Assembly: GCA_963664405.1 (NCBI GenBank)
Contig: OY761158.1
Span: 1,664,001 to 1,728,000, forward strand
Direction: 5' to 3'
DNA length: 64,000 bases
DNA from: Thermoanaerobaculia bacterium
GTDB lineage: Bacteria > Acidobacteriota > Thermoanaerobaculia > Multivoradales > Multivoraceae
In this document: piece after piece, positions 29,611 through 39,775 of the stretch
Position numbering within the stretch: position 1 is the stretch's first letter
How the letters are laid out: each line of letters starts with the position of its first letter
Translations under genes and position numbers: made by a program
Notes under the pieces: model-generated
What the model was told of the DNA's origin: nothing
Database searches by the model: none
Seen by the model: the letters and a program-made list of their open reading frames with translations, nothing else

Positions 29611-29623
29611 CCTGCGAGTGGGA

Positions 29624-30775
29624 TCAGAGTGTAATGTCCCTTTGCCAGTACTCATCCCCCTCCCGGCTGATCTCCGCGCGGGCCTGCTCGTTCCACACGT
29701 CCCCGCCGATGAAACTGCCCTTGTATACGTAGGGCACTTCGTCCGGGTAGTGCTGCCGGCGGGCATCGATCGCGAGCGGGATCATGCGGGCTCGGCGAAG
29801 CACGTACTCCTCGGAGTATTTGATCCGCTTGCCTTCGCCTCCGGGCCGCTTGAAAGCGTGGACATTCGTCGTTTCCGCGCCGATGGCGGAGCTGCGCCTG
29901 TGGAAGCCGAGAACCATGGTGATTCTCCGCTCGGAGGACCGGTTGGCATAGGAGCCGTGAAGGGAGCTTCGGTTGACCAGGCCGCAGTCGCCGGGAGCCA
30001 GCAGCATCGGCACCGCGTCGGGCACCTGCTCGCCGACTGGGGGGAACGCGCCGCCGTTGGCCAGGCACCAGCGTCGTTGACTTCCCGGGACCACCCAGAG
30101 GCAGTTCTCCGGAGTGCAGTGAGTCCACGACACGGATAGGTTGAAGCCGTGTGACTTACCCGATCCGTCCGGGCGCTCTAGGCACAGCCCGTCCTCCGTC
30201 CAGTGGGTCCTTCCGTCCTGGTGCCAAGGCGTCGGTAGACCCTCACCCGCCCCCTTGTGGAACACGCCCTCGTGAAAGGGGACGAAGTCCGGCCCGTGGA
30301 TGCTCTCGACCATCTGCAGAATCTGCGGGTGCCCGTACACTCGCAGAGCGGAGTCCATGATCATCAGCGTATGCGACACCAATCCGACGACGGCCGGAGC
30401 ATCGTCCTCGGTCGCGCTCTCTTCAGTGCCGGGTGGTCGAGATGACTTCTCCGAAGCCAGCGTGTAGTACCCCGGAAACTTCACCGGCCGCCCGTGCTTG
30501 TCGACCTTGCTGTCCTTGGATACCGGAGCGTTATCCAGAACCTGGTCGAACTCGGCGCTCAGCTCGCCAACTTCTTGCTTTGAAATCACACCGGTGAAGA
30601 CGTAGAAACCGTTGCGGTTGTAGGCGTCGAGGATGTCCTGCGCGAGTCGGCCGTTGTCGTCGAAACGCATCGGTCCACGGTTGCCGAGCTGCATGGCGCG
30701 CTCGCGGCCCGCCTCGCAGTACTCCTTCCACGTCAATGGCGCGAGCGGAGGCGCCGCTGCCTGCAGGCTTGTCAT
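29624..30775 (-). CDS. Phytanoyl-CoA dioxygenase family (2OG-Fe(II)) protein
   Basis: PWHQD, CLWVVPGS, LHGSYANRS..RR. Confidence 0.85.
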   Translation of the reverse strand: MTSLQAAAPPLAPLTWKEYCEAGRERAMQLGNRGPMRFDDNGRLAQDILDAYNRNGFYVFTGVISKQEVGELSAEFDQVLDNAPVSKDSKVDKHGRPVKFPGYYTLASEKSSRPPGTEESATEDDAPAVVGLVSHTLMIMDSALRVYGHPQILQMVESIHGPDFVPFHEGVFHKGAGEGLPTPWHQDGRTHWTEDGLCLERPDGSGKSHGFNLSVSWTHCTPENCLWVVPGSQRRWCLANGGAFPPVGEQVPDAVPMLLAPGDCGLVNRSSLHGSYANRSSERRITMVLGFHRRSSAIGAETTNVHAFKRPGGEGKRIKYSEEYVLRRARMIPLAIDARRQHYPDEVPYVYKGSFIGGDVWNEQARAEISREGDEYWQRDITL

Positions 30776-30908
30776 GTCGAACCCTCCCGGCGCGATGACA
30801 GTATCACTCACGATGGAAGGAGTTTCTGTCGCCGGCCGCTCTTCGGCGGCCCCGCGTGTAGGATGGCTGTTCCTAGGTAGTTGACGGTCTCGGTGAGCGG
30901 GAGGCTTC

Positions 30909-32825
30909 GTGCGGCAAGTGATTGCGTTGATTCTGAGCGGCTCTCTGGCAGCGGCCTGCACCAGCGAGGCTCCAGCCCCCACCGACATGGAGCAGGACGC
31001 CGCGGGTCATGGCAGCGAAGCTTCGATCGTCGCGCCGCACCAGCGCAGCGCCTACTTCGGCGACCTTCATGTCCACACCCGCTATTCCTACGACGCCTTC
31101 GTCTTGGGCACCCGCGCCGGCCCGGATGAAGCGTACGACTTCGCCAAAGGAAAAGTCATCAAGGATCCCGCCGGTTTCGACATGCAGCTCGACCGGCCAC
31201 TCGACTTTCAAGCGGTTGCCGACCACGCCATTTATCTCGGAGTGTTGGTGGCGATGGGGGACCCCGACTCGCCGGCTTACAAGCACCCCTTCGCCGAGAC
31301 CCTGCGTAGGAGCGGCGAGACCCGGTCCGAACGCATGGCTACTTTTGGCGCGATCCTGAAATACGTCGGCTTCATCGAGGGCAGGGATCCCGAGATCAAG
31401 GCGTATGAGAACAAAGATGTCGTGCGCTCCGCCTGGAGCGAGATCGCGGCGTCCGCGAACCGCCACAACGACCCCGGGGTCTTCACGGCCTTCATCGCGT
31501 ATGAGTACTCCTCGGCCGGCGACGGGGCTCTTTTCGCGAACCTCCATCGCAACGTCATCTTCCGTGGCTCGAAGGTGCCGGACATCCCCTTCTCCAGGCT
31601 CGACTCTTACAACCCCGAGGACCTCTGGGCCACGATGGCCGGATGGCGCGAGGATGGCATCGAAGTTCTGGCGATCCCTCACAACATGAACGGCTCGGGT
31701 GGGCGGATGTTCGAGAAAGAGTACTTCCATGGCGGCGCCATCGACGCGGCCTATGTCGAGGCACGCTCGCGGAACGAGCCGATCGCCGAGATGACCCAGA
31801 CCAAAGGCACCTCGGAGACCCACCCCGCGCTCTCCCCCAACGACGAATGGGCCGACTTCGAGATCATGCCCTATCGGGTCTCGACCAGAATCCTCAGCGA
31901 GCCGCCGGGCGGCTATCTCCGTGACGCCTACCGCCGCGGTCTGGAGATCGAGGCCGGTGGGCTTAACAATCCCTACAAGCTCGGCCTCATCGGCTCCAGC
32001 GACAGTCACGTCGCCGCCGGCTCGTTCCGAGAAGAAGACTTCTGGCTCTCCGCCGGGCGGCAAGAGAACGACGCAGAGCGGCGCTCCTCGGTGCCGAGTG
32101 AGCCAACCGGCAATACCGGGGGCGTCGATGACGGCACCGGCCGCATCTATCCCTTCACCACCAGGATCACCAACGGGGCCTCTGGCCTCGCCGGAATCTG
32201 GGCAGAACAGAACACCCGCGAATCGCTCTTCGACGCGATGCGCCGCAAGGAGACCTTCGCCACCTCGGGAACGCGCATTCGAGTGCGCCTCTTCGGCGGC
32301 ACCGAGCTCGCCGGTGTCGATCTCGAAGCCCCCGACCTCATCGAGACCGCCTATCGCGTCGGTACACCGATGGGCGGTGATCTCGACCAGGGTGCCGGCT
32401 CGAGCGCGCCGACCTTTCTGGTCTGGGCGATGCGCGACACGATGGCCGCCCCGCTGCAACGAGTCCAGATCATCAAAGGCTGGTCGGTGGGCGTCGAGAC
32501 CGAAGAGCAGGTCTACGACGTGGCCTGCTCCGACGGACTCGCCGTCGACCCGACGACCCATCGTTGCCCCGACAATGGCGCGACCGTCGATCTAGACGAC
32601 TGCTCGATCCGTCAGGGTGTGGGCGCCACCGAGCTCAAGACTGCATGGACCGACCCCGACTTCGACTCGAATCAGCGCGCCTTCTACTACGCGCGGGTGC
32701 TCGAGAACCCGACCTGTCGCTGGTCGACCTGGGATACGCTGGGCGCCGGAGTCGCGCCGAGGCAGGACTTCCCGTCCACCATTCAGGAGCGTGCTTGGTC
32801 CTCACCGATCTGGTATACCCCGTAG
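30909..32825 (+). CDS. DUF3604 domain lipoprotein
   Basis: Lipobox LAAAC; YFGDLHVHT, ADHA, LHRN, IPHN, SDSH, ERAWSSPIWY. Confidence 0.9.
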   Translation: MRQVIALILSGSLAAACTSEAPAPTDMEQDAAGHGSEASIVAPHQRSAYFGDLHVHTRYSYDAFVLGTRAGPDEAYDFAKGKVIKDPAGFDMQLDRPLDFQAVADHAIYLGVLVAMGDPDSPAYKHPFAETLRRSGETRSERMATFGAILKYVGFIEGRDPEIKAYENKDVVRSAWSEIAASANRHNDPGVFTAFIAYEYSSAGDGALFANLHRNVIFRGSKVPDIPFSRLDSYNPEDLWATMAGWREDGIEVLAIPHNMNGSGGRMFEKEYFHGGAIDAAYVEARSRNEPIAEMTQTKGTSETHPALSPNDEWADFEIMPYRVSTRILSEPPGGYLRDAYRRGLEIEAGGLNNPYKLGLIGSSDSHVAAGSFREEDFWLSAGRQENDAERRSSVPSEPTGNTGGVDDGTGRIYPFTTRITNGASGLAGIWAEQNTRESLFDAMRRKETFATSGTRIRVRLFGGTELAGVDLEAPDLIETAYRVGTPMGGDLDQGAGSSAPTFLVWAMRDTMAAPLQRVQIIKGWSVGVETEEQVYDVACSDGLAVDPTTHRCPDNGATVDLDDCSIRQGVGATELKTAWTDPDFDSNQRAFYYARVLENPTCRWSTWDTLGAGVAPRQDFPSTIQERAWSSPIWYTP

Positions 32826-32959
32826 GATTACCCCTCATGGCACAGAGTCTTAGAGGAAGCGCCGAACGTTTCTCCACAGTTTCTTAGCCCTCCTGGGGAT
32901 GGCGTGGGGTCGCTCCCGCCGGGTGGCGGCACTTCCGGCTAGGGGGATCCCCGACTCTC

Positions 32960-33480
32960 GTTCGATTCTGATCCCGTCTCGAGCTCCGTCGGCAGCATCG
33001 AAGCTGACCGCATAGATGAGTCGACTTTCGTCCTCGATGTGTTCGTTGGCGTGGCCTGAGAATGTGTTGTGATGGAGGAAGGTTCCCGAATAGTCTGCGC
33101 CGGTGGCGGAGATCGCGTGGTTCCCCATGTTCGTGAAGTGGATACCCGCCACTTCGTTGTGGTCCGACAATGTGACCATGACTGCACCGGGGAGTGGGGA
33201 AGTGTTGCGCAGCGCCACTCGATCGGCCGCGTTCGCGAGGGGGGAGCTCCCGACGTGGACGAGAACGAAGGCGAGGGAGAACATTCCCTCCCGACAGAGA
33301 CACCGGCGTAGGGACAGGTGGCTCAACCTTCTACTCGCTTCGGGCGGCTATTCGAGGATCGCCTGCTGAACGGCCTTGCCGAAATCGAACCCCGTCCCCT
33401 TGTACGGCTGCTGAAGCATCAGCACGGCAACCAACTCGTTTTCGGGATCCGTCCAGGACATCGTACCGTATGCGCCCCCC
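32960..33480 (-). pseudogene. Remnants: possible beta-helix protein fragment and a serine-hydrolase C-terminus (33348-33480)
   Basis: GGAYGTMSWTDPENELVAVLMLQQPY...VQQAILE*; the adjacent fragment lacks a credible start or end. Confidence 0.5.
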
Positions 33481-33568
33481 GCGCTCCTCGACTTGACAGC
33501 AGTCGATGTTAGCCGATCCGTCGATGGTTGCCGCCGCTCGCCGATTTTCGAGTAGGCTCGTTACACCG

Positions 33569-35362
33569 ATGCTGAGAACAAGATGCCCTTGCCGGGCTCT
33601 GGCGTCGCTCGGCGCCCTGATCCTTCCGCTCGCCGCGGCCCTATCCACTCCGACGAGGGCGATCGGTCAAGCACGGTCCTCGCCCGCCTTCGTTCCGGTC
33701 ACCGACGCCATGCTCCAGAGCCCAGCGGCGGAAGATTGGCTGATGTGGCGCCGGACCCTCGACGGTTGGGGCTACAGCCCGCTGGACCAGGTCGATCGGG
33801 AGAATGTGGGTGAGCTCCGGATGGTCTGGTCGCGAGCGCTCGCGGACGGGCGGCTCCAGGAGGGGACCCCGCTGGCCTACGACGGCGTTCTCTACATGCC
33901 CAACCCGAAGGATGTGATTCAAGCGATCGACGCGGTGAGCGGGGACCTGATCTGGGAGTATCGCCGGGAGCTCCCTGACGACGTCATGCAGTATGTGGGC
34001 ATTCTGTACGAGGCCAACCGCAATCTCGCCATCTATCGCAATCTCATCATCGACACCAGCGCAGACGACTATGTTTTCGCCCTCGACGCGAGCACGGGAG
34101 AGCTGGTCTGGGAGACCCAGATCTTAGACTACAAGAAGCAGCCCGCTCTCCAGACATCAGGTCCCATCATCGCCGACGGCAAGGTGATTTCGGGGCGCAG
34201 CTGCCGGCCGCGCGGCGGGCCGGACTCGTGTGTAGTAACGGCGCACGACGCGCTGAGCGGTCGCGAGCTGTGGCGACGTCGCACGATACCGGCGCCGGGA
34301 GAGCCTGGCGACGAGACCTGGGGCGACGTACCCTTCGAGAAGCGCTTCCACGTGGGTACCTGGATGCCGCCGAGCTACGACCCCGAGCTACGGCTGATCT
34401 ACCAGGGCACTTCGGTCACTTCGCCGGCGCCGAAGTTCATGCTCGGTGGTGTCGACCACAAGTATCTCTACCACGCCTCTACTCTGGCCCTCGCCGTCGA
34501 CACCGGAGAGATCCGTTGGTACTACCAGCATATGAACGACCACTGGGACATGGATCATCCCTTCGAGCGCATCTTGCTCGATACAGTGGTGGCACCCAGC
34601 CCCGAAGCGGTGCGCTGGATCAATCCTCGCCTGCGACCGGGCGAGGTTCGCAAAGTGGTCACCGGCATTCCCGGCAAGACCGGCCTGGTCTATACGCTGG
34701 ATCGCGAGACCGGCGAGTTTCTGTGGGCTACCCCCACCATCGCCCAGAATGTGATCAGCGACATCGACGGCGCCACCGGCCTGGTGACCGAGAACGAAGA
34801 GGTGATCTTCACCGAGGAAGGCCAGGAAGTGCTGGCCTGTCCCAGTATGAACGGCGGTAAGGACTGGGAAGCCGGCGCCTACAGCCCGCTGACCCACACC
34901 ATGTATTTTCCGATGCGGAATGCGTGCCAGCGCCTGGTTGCAACGACCTCCCCTCGCGCCACACTCACGATCTACGCGCTCGACGTAACGAACGAGCTCG
35001 CCCCCGGTACCGACGATCTCGGCGCGATCTACGCCATCTCGGCCGAGACCGGCGAGATCAGGTGGCTCTACGAACAGCGAGCGGCAACTCAGTCGCTGGT
35101 GGCGACCGGCGGCGGACTGATCTTCGGCGGCGACGCGAACGGGCGCTTCCGCGCCTTCGACCAGGATTCCGGGGAGGTGCTGTGGGAGATCAATCTCGGC
35201 TCACCGCTGACGGGCTTTCCGATCAGCTATGCGGTTGACGGGCGCCAGTATGTGGCGGTGAGCTCCGGCCGCACGGGGAACACCGACGTTTTCGACCGCC
35301 TGACGCCGGAGCTTCGCCCCAGCGGGGGCAACAATCTCTTCGTCTTCGCGTTAGCGGATTGA
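33569..35362 (+). CDS. PQQ-dependent alcohol dehydrogenase-like protein
   Basis: DWLMWRRTLDGWGYSPLDQV, YDPELRLIY, DHWDMD, YAVDGRQYVAV. Confidence 0.88.
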   Translation: MLRTRCPCRALASLGALILPLAAALSTPTRAIGQARSSPAFVPVTDAMLQSPAAEDWLMWRRTLDGWGYSPLDQVDRENVGELRMVWSRALADGRLQEGTPLAYDGVLYMPNPKDVIQAIDAVSGDLIWEYRRELPDDVMQYVGILYEANRNLAIYRNLIIDTSADDYVFALDASTGELVWETQILDYKKQPALQTSGPIIADGKVISGRSCRPRGGPDSCVVTAHDALSGRELWRRRTIPAPGEPGDETWGDVPFEKRFHVGTWMPPSYDPELRLIYQGTSVTSPAPKFMLGGVDHKYLYHASTLALAVDTGEIRWYYQHMNDHWDMDHPFERILLDTVVAPSPEAVRWINPRLRPGEVRKVVTGIPGKTGLVYTLDRETGEFLWATPTIAQNVISDIDGATGLVTENEEVIFTEEGQEVLACPSMNGGKDWEAGAYSPLTHTMYFPMRNACQRLVATTSPRATLTIYALDVTNELAPGTDDLGAIYAISAETGEIRWLYEQRAATQSLVATGGGLIFGGDANGRFRAFDQDSGEVLWEINLGSPLTGFPISYAVDGRQYVAVSSGRTGNTDVFDRLTPELRPSGGNNLFVFALAD

Positions 35363-35511
35363 GCCGAATACTACAGGGACGCGGCGGTGACGTACCTCTT
35401 GGAGTCTGGGCGACAGAGGGGCAGCGACGACTGCGAGCACGCATCCACGAATATGCCATCGTTCGTCTGCGGTACTGTGTCCGATGGTACGAGCTAGTCA
35501 GAGGAGACGTC

Positions 35512-37209
35512 ATGTCACTACACGAATGTGTTGAGATCTCCCGCGTCAAAGGGTGCCTCCTTGCCCTGTCGCTCATGGTGGCCTGTGGCGCACCCGATGT
35601 CGAGGCGCCGATCCCCTCCGAGACGCCGATCCGGGTAACCGGAGGCGAGATCCGGGGGGCCACGGCCGAGAAGAACGCCGAGGTCGTCGCTTTCAAAGGG
35701 GTCCCTTACGCCGCTCCTCCGGTCGGCGATCTGCGCTGGCGACCTCCCGCAGCGGTCGTTCCGTGGGAGGGAGTGCGAGACGCCACTGCTCCAGGGGCCA
35801 TCTGCGTCCAGGGAGGCGGCGGCGAAGTGACCCAGGACGAAGACTGTCTGTTCCTCAATGTGTGGGCTCCCGCCCAAGCCTCCGAGAGGCTGCCTGTCAT
35901 GTTCTGGATACACGGTGGGGGTTACAGCGGGGGTAGCGGAACGAGAGCGGTTTACGACGGCGCCAAGCTCGCGTCCGAGGGTGCGGTCGTAGTCACGATC
36001 AACTACCGCTTGAACGTATTCGGCTTCCTGGCGCATCCCGCGCTGTCGGCCGAATCCCCTCATGGCGCCTCGGGCAACTATGGGCTGATGGACATGGTGG
36101 CGGCCCTCGAGTGGGTAGGCGACAACATCGCCGCTTTCGGTGGAGACTCCGATCGGGTCACGATCTTCGGTGAATCGGCCGGAGGCGGGGCGGTCATGTC
36201 ACTGATGCTGGCGCCCCAGGCGAAGGGGCTCTTCCACCGCGCCATCGCTCAGAGCAGCTGGATCAACGGTTGGGACCGCGCGCTGGCTGAGCCGGCACGT
36301 CGGTGGGAGTCGGCGGAGGCCCAGGGCGTCCGTGTCGCCGAGGCGCTCGGGCTCGCCGATCCCAAGGATCTGGTCGCGATGCGCGCCGCCAGCGCCGCCG
36401 ACGTGCTCGCGGCGTCACTGGTCGATGTCGGCGTACCGTTTCTACGAGATGGTAAGAACGTTTGGGCACCGAATGTCGACGGATGGATCATTCCCGACGA
36501 TCCGATCGTGATGTACTCGAGCGGCCGCCAGCACGATGTACCCCTCCTCACCGGGATGAACGGCAACGAAGGCGCGACGATGACCCGCAACCTGGACATC
36601 CCAGACGCCGAGTCCTTCGAGGCCTATGTGCGCGCGTTCTACACCGACGCCACCAAGCCCCAGATGACCGTCGCTTCCAACCAGCTCGTCGACTCCTTGA
36701 TCGCGTTCTACGAGGCCTCGTCTCCAGAGTCGGCGCCCACGAAGCTCGACCATCTCATCCACGACATGTACTTCGCCGGACCGGTCCGGTTGCATGCCGC
36801 GAGTCAGTCGAGTCTCTCTTCACCGGTTTGGCTCTATCACTTCAGCCATGTCCCACCGACCGCCTTTGGTGAAGACTATGGGTCTCATCATGCGGCCGAA
36901 CTGGTATACGTTTTCGGCACGATGAAGAACCGGCAGGGGGGTGAGGGACAAGACTTCGCCAGCCAGAGGTTCGTCGGCGACTTCAGCGAAGTCGATCGGC
37001 ACTTGTCGGAGACGATGCGGGCCTACTGGCTCCAGTTCGCAGCGAGCGGCGACCCGAACCGCGACGGTCTTCCTGACTGGCCGAGATACGACGCTGAAAG
37101 CGATAGGCACATCGAGCTGAGCGGAGAGATCCGCGCCGGAACAGGGCTCCATCGTCTCGGCGGCGATCAGTGGGGCACGTCCGCAGGGATCGCCAGATTG
37201 GAGAACTGA
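35512..37209 (+). CDS. Carboxylesterase type B (lipoprotein)
   Basis: FKGVPYAAPPVGDLRW, EDCLFLNVW, HGGG, GESAGG, HAAEL. Confidence 0.93.
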   Translation: MSLHECVEISRVKGCLLALSLMVACGAPDVEAPIPSETPIRVTGGEIRGATAEKNAEVVAFKGVPYAAPPVGDLRWRPPAAVVPWEGVRDATAPGAICVQGGGGEVTQDEDCLFLNVWAPAQASERLPVMFWIHGGGYSGGSGTRAVYDGAKLASEGAVVVTINYRLNVFGFLAHPALSAESPHGASGNYGLMDMVAALEWVGDNIAAFGGDSDRVTIFGESAGGGAVMSLMLAPQAKGLFHRAIAQSSWINGWDRALAEPARRWESAEAQGVRVAEALGLADPKDLVAMRAASAADVLAASLVDVGVPFLRDGKNVWAPNVDGWIIPDDPIVMYSSGRQHDVPLLTGMNGNEGATMTRNLDIPDAESFEAYVRAFYTDATKPQMTVASNQLVDSLIAFYEASSPESAPTKLDHLIHDMYFAGPVRLHAASQSSLSSPVWLYHFSHVPPTAFGEDYGSHHAAELVYVFGTMKNRQGGEGQDFASQRFVGDFSEVDRHLSETMRAYWLQFAASGDPNRDGLPDWPRYDAESDRHIELSGEIRAGTGLHRLGGDQWGTSAGIARLEN

Positions 37210-37227
37210 GGCGGAGGGCCGAGGCCA

Positions 37228-38142
37228 TTACGGCGCGAAGCTCGAACGGGCGCTAATTCCCCACTTGTCGTTCTCTTTCGTCACCAGGTACAAGGTGTTG
37301 AAGGTCGAGATCACTTCGCCGGCGGCGTTGTAGCGACTGAAGGTGAGCGCCACGTTGGCGGCGTTCTCGGCGACCTGGATGGCCTCGATCTCATCCCAGG
37401 CGCTGTGGTCCCAGCCGAAGCGCTCGGCGAAGGCGTCGAAGTCCATGTCGGCGACGAACTCTTCTTCGGTTTCGGTCACGACCACTTCGCCGCTCGCGAG
37501 GCGAAGGTGGGGGAAGTGGAGGGTCGATGCCCAGGCCTGCGGGTCGCGTGCGTTGAACGCCGTCATGTACTCCTCGACCTTGGCGACGGCGATCTCGGCG
37601 TTCGATTCCTGGAGCTCCGCCTCGACCGGTGCGCCGGCGTGGAAGCGAGCTTGGACGCCCCAGTAGCCGTCGACCTGGGTGGCGACGTAAGTGACGAGGT
37701 TGCGGCCGGTCTTGTTGCCCTCCGCATCGACCCGGCCCCAGCGACCGGCGATGTGCGCTTTGCCGTCGCCCTCGTGGATCGGCTGCAGCTCTTCGAACTC
37801 GGTGCTCTCCCAGCCGGTGGCGATGACTTTCGCGTAGTCGACGCCGCCGACGTAGTCGTCTTGGGTCTGCCAGATCCGATGCGGGCGGAACTCGTCAAAC
37901 TTCCAGCCCGAGGGACGGGCGTGAGGGTAGTTGAGCGAGCTCGCATAGGCCTCGGGATCGCGGGCGTTCCAGGTCTCCATGAACTTCTCGGTGGCGCGCA
38001 GACCCGGGGAGTCAGACGCCGCTGGGGCTGCTTGCTCGGCCGGCTCGGGCGGCGGGGGTGGGTCTGAGGTGCAGCCGGCGGCGGTCATTGCGACGGCGAT
38101 GAGGCCGAGGATCTTCGCCGTCCGTTGAGTCTTGAGCTTCAT
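37228..38142 (-). CDS. Lipoprotein with two tandem NTF2/SnoaL-like domains
   Basis: Lipobox AAGC; internal repeat WNARDPEAYASSLNYPH / FNARDPQAWASTLHFPH, WGVQAR / WGISAR. Confidence 0.75.
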   Translation of the reverse strand: MKLKTQRTAKILGLIAVAMTAAGCTSDPPPPPEPAEQAAPAASDSPGLRATEKFMETWNARDPEAYASSLNYPHARPSGWKFDEFRPHRIWQTQDDYVGGVDYAKVIATGWESTEFEELQPIHEGDGKAHIAGRWGRVDAEGNKTGRNLVTYVATQVDGYWGVQARFHAGAPVEAELQESNAEIAVAKVEEYMTAFNARDPQAWASTLHFPHLRLASGEVVVTETEEEFVADMDFDAFAERFGWDHSAWDEIEAIQVAENAANVALTFSRYNAAGEVISTFNTLYLVTKENDKWGISARSSFAP

Positions 38143-38307
38143 TCGTCTCTCCCTAGAGCAGAGTTCGGTTCCGTTTGGGTGGCGGGCTAGTGTACGCTGC
38201 GCTCTTCGCCTGCCGGGCGTTTACCCGTTTCGATCCTCGGGCCACGTCGGCAGGGTCAGGCACTCGGGCGCCCGACGCACTCGGGCGCCCGACTAAGGGA
38301 GGCAGAT

Positions 38308-39513
38308 ATGGATTTCGGGTTCAGCAAGAAAGTACGCGGTCTGCAAGAACGGATCGAAGCCTTCATGGACGACCACATCTTCCCGCTGGAAGACGACTAT
38401 CCGGCTCATGTGGAGGCGGCTGGAGGGTGGACCACACCGCCGATCATGGACCGGTTGAAGGAGAAGGCTCGTGAGCAGGGACTGTGGAACCTGTTCTTGC
38501 CGGACGACGAGCACGGTGCCGGTCTGAATAACCTCGAGTACGCGCCCCTGGCGGAGATCATGGGCCGGGTCGCCTGGGCCTCGGAGCCTTTCAACTGCAG
38601 TGCTCCGGATACCGGCAACATGGAGATCCTGGCCCGTTTCGGTACCGAGGAACAGAAAGAGAAGTGGCTGAAGCCGCTGCTCAACGGCGAGATCCGCTCC
38701 TGCTTCTCGATGACCGAGCCGGCCGTCGCTTCGAGCGATGCCACCAATATCGAGTGCCGTATCGAGAGCGATGGCGACGAGTACGTCATCAACGGCCGTA
38801 AATGGTTCTCTTCCGGCTTCACCAACGAGCGGTGCAAGGTCGGCATCGTCATGGGCAAGAGCGATCCGGACAACGCCGATCGTTACGTGCAGCAGTCGAT
38901 GATCCTGGTTCCCAAAGGGACACCGGGAATGAGCCTGGTGCGCAACATCACCACCTTTGGTTACAAAGGGATACCGCACGGGCACCCGGAGATCCTCTTC
39001 GAAAATGTCAGAGTCCCCGCCACCAACATGTTGCTGGGTGAAGGTCGAGGCTTCGAGATCGCCCAGGCGCGCCTGGGGCCCGGACGCATCCACCACTGCA
39101 TGCGCTTCGTCGGCTCGGCGCAAAGGGCTCTCGAGCTGATGTGCCGCCGGGCGGAGAGTCGTAGCGCGTTTGGCGTCAAGCTCTCCGAGCACGGCTCGCT
39201 GCGGGAGGACATCGCGAAATCGTTCTGCGAGATCGAGCAGGCCCGCCTATTGACCCTGAGAGCCGCCGACAAAATGGACCGTGAAGGCAACAAGGCGGCG
39301 CGAGACCTGATTGGCGCCGCCAAGATCGTGGTTCCTGCGATGGCGGCACGAGTCATCGATCGTGCGATCCAGGTCCACGGCGCGATGGGCTTCACCGAAG
39401 ACACCTTTCTGCCCAAGGCCTATGCATCGGCGCGATACATTCGCATCGGCGACGGCCCGGATCAGGTTCACATGTCGTCCCTCGCCCGACAGTTACTGCG
39501 CCGCTACGCTTGA
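38308..39513 (+). CDS. Acyl-CoA dehydrogenase
   Basis: [40 protein letters not shown]. Confidence 0.94.
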   Translation: MDFGFSKKVRGLQERIEAFMDDHIFPLEDDYPAHVEAAGGWTTPPIMDRLKEKAREQGLWNLFLPDDEHGAGLNNLEYAPLAEIMGRVAWASEPFNCSAPDTGNMEILARFGTEEQKEKWLKPLLNGEIRSCFSMTEPAVASSDATNIECRIESDGDEYVINGRKWFSSGFTNERCKVGIVMGKSDPDNADRYVQQSMILVPKGTPGMSLVRNITTFGYKGIPHGHPEILFENVRVPATNMLLGEGRGFEIAQARLGPGRIHHCMRFVGSAQRALELMCRRAESRSAFGVKLSEHGSLREDIAKSFCEIEQARLLTLRAADKMDREGNKAARDLIGAAKIVVPAMAARVIDRAIQVHGAMGFTEDTFLPKAYASARYIRIGDGPDQVHMSSLARQLLRRYA

Positions 39514-39552
39514 GCGTCTTCGCGACTCACGCTTTCTCCGTCTGAGGGAACC

Positions 39553-39612
39553 ATGTTCGATCTACTGAGTGGTCTGAAGGTCGTCGATCTGACGACCCTT
39601 GTTCTCGGGCCT
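39553..39612 (+). pseudogene. CaiB/BaiF CoA-transferase 5' remnant
   Basis: MFDLLSGLKVVDLTTLVLGP, then homology is lost. Confidence 0.7.
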
Positions 39613-39775
39613 TCTGGTACGATGCGGCCGGTCAGGTGCGGTTCCGCAACTTCAATATCCGGACGATCGACTACCCCCCCGCTCGGCACGGCGAAGGCGT
39701 CGTTCACGGCGCGACCATCGCGTCCGCAACCGGGGGTCACCATGGCGAGTGTAGAGGTCATCGCGGGAGGTTGAC

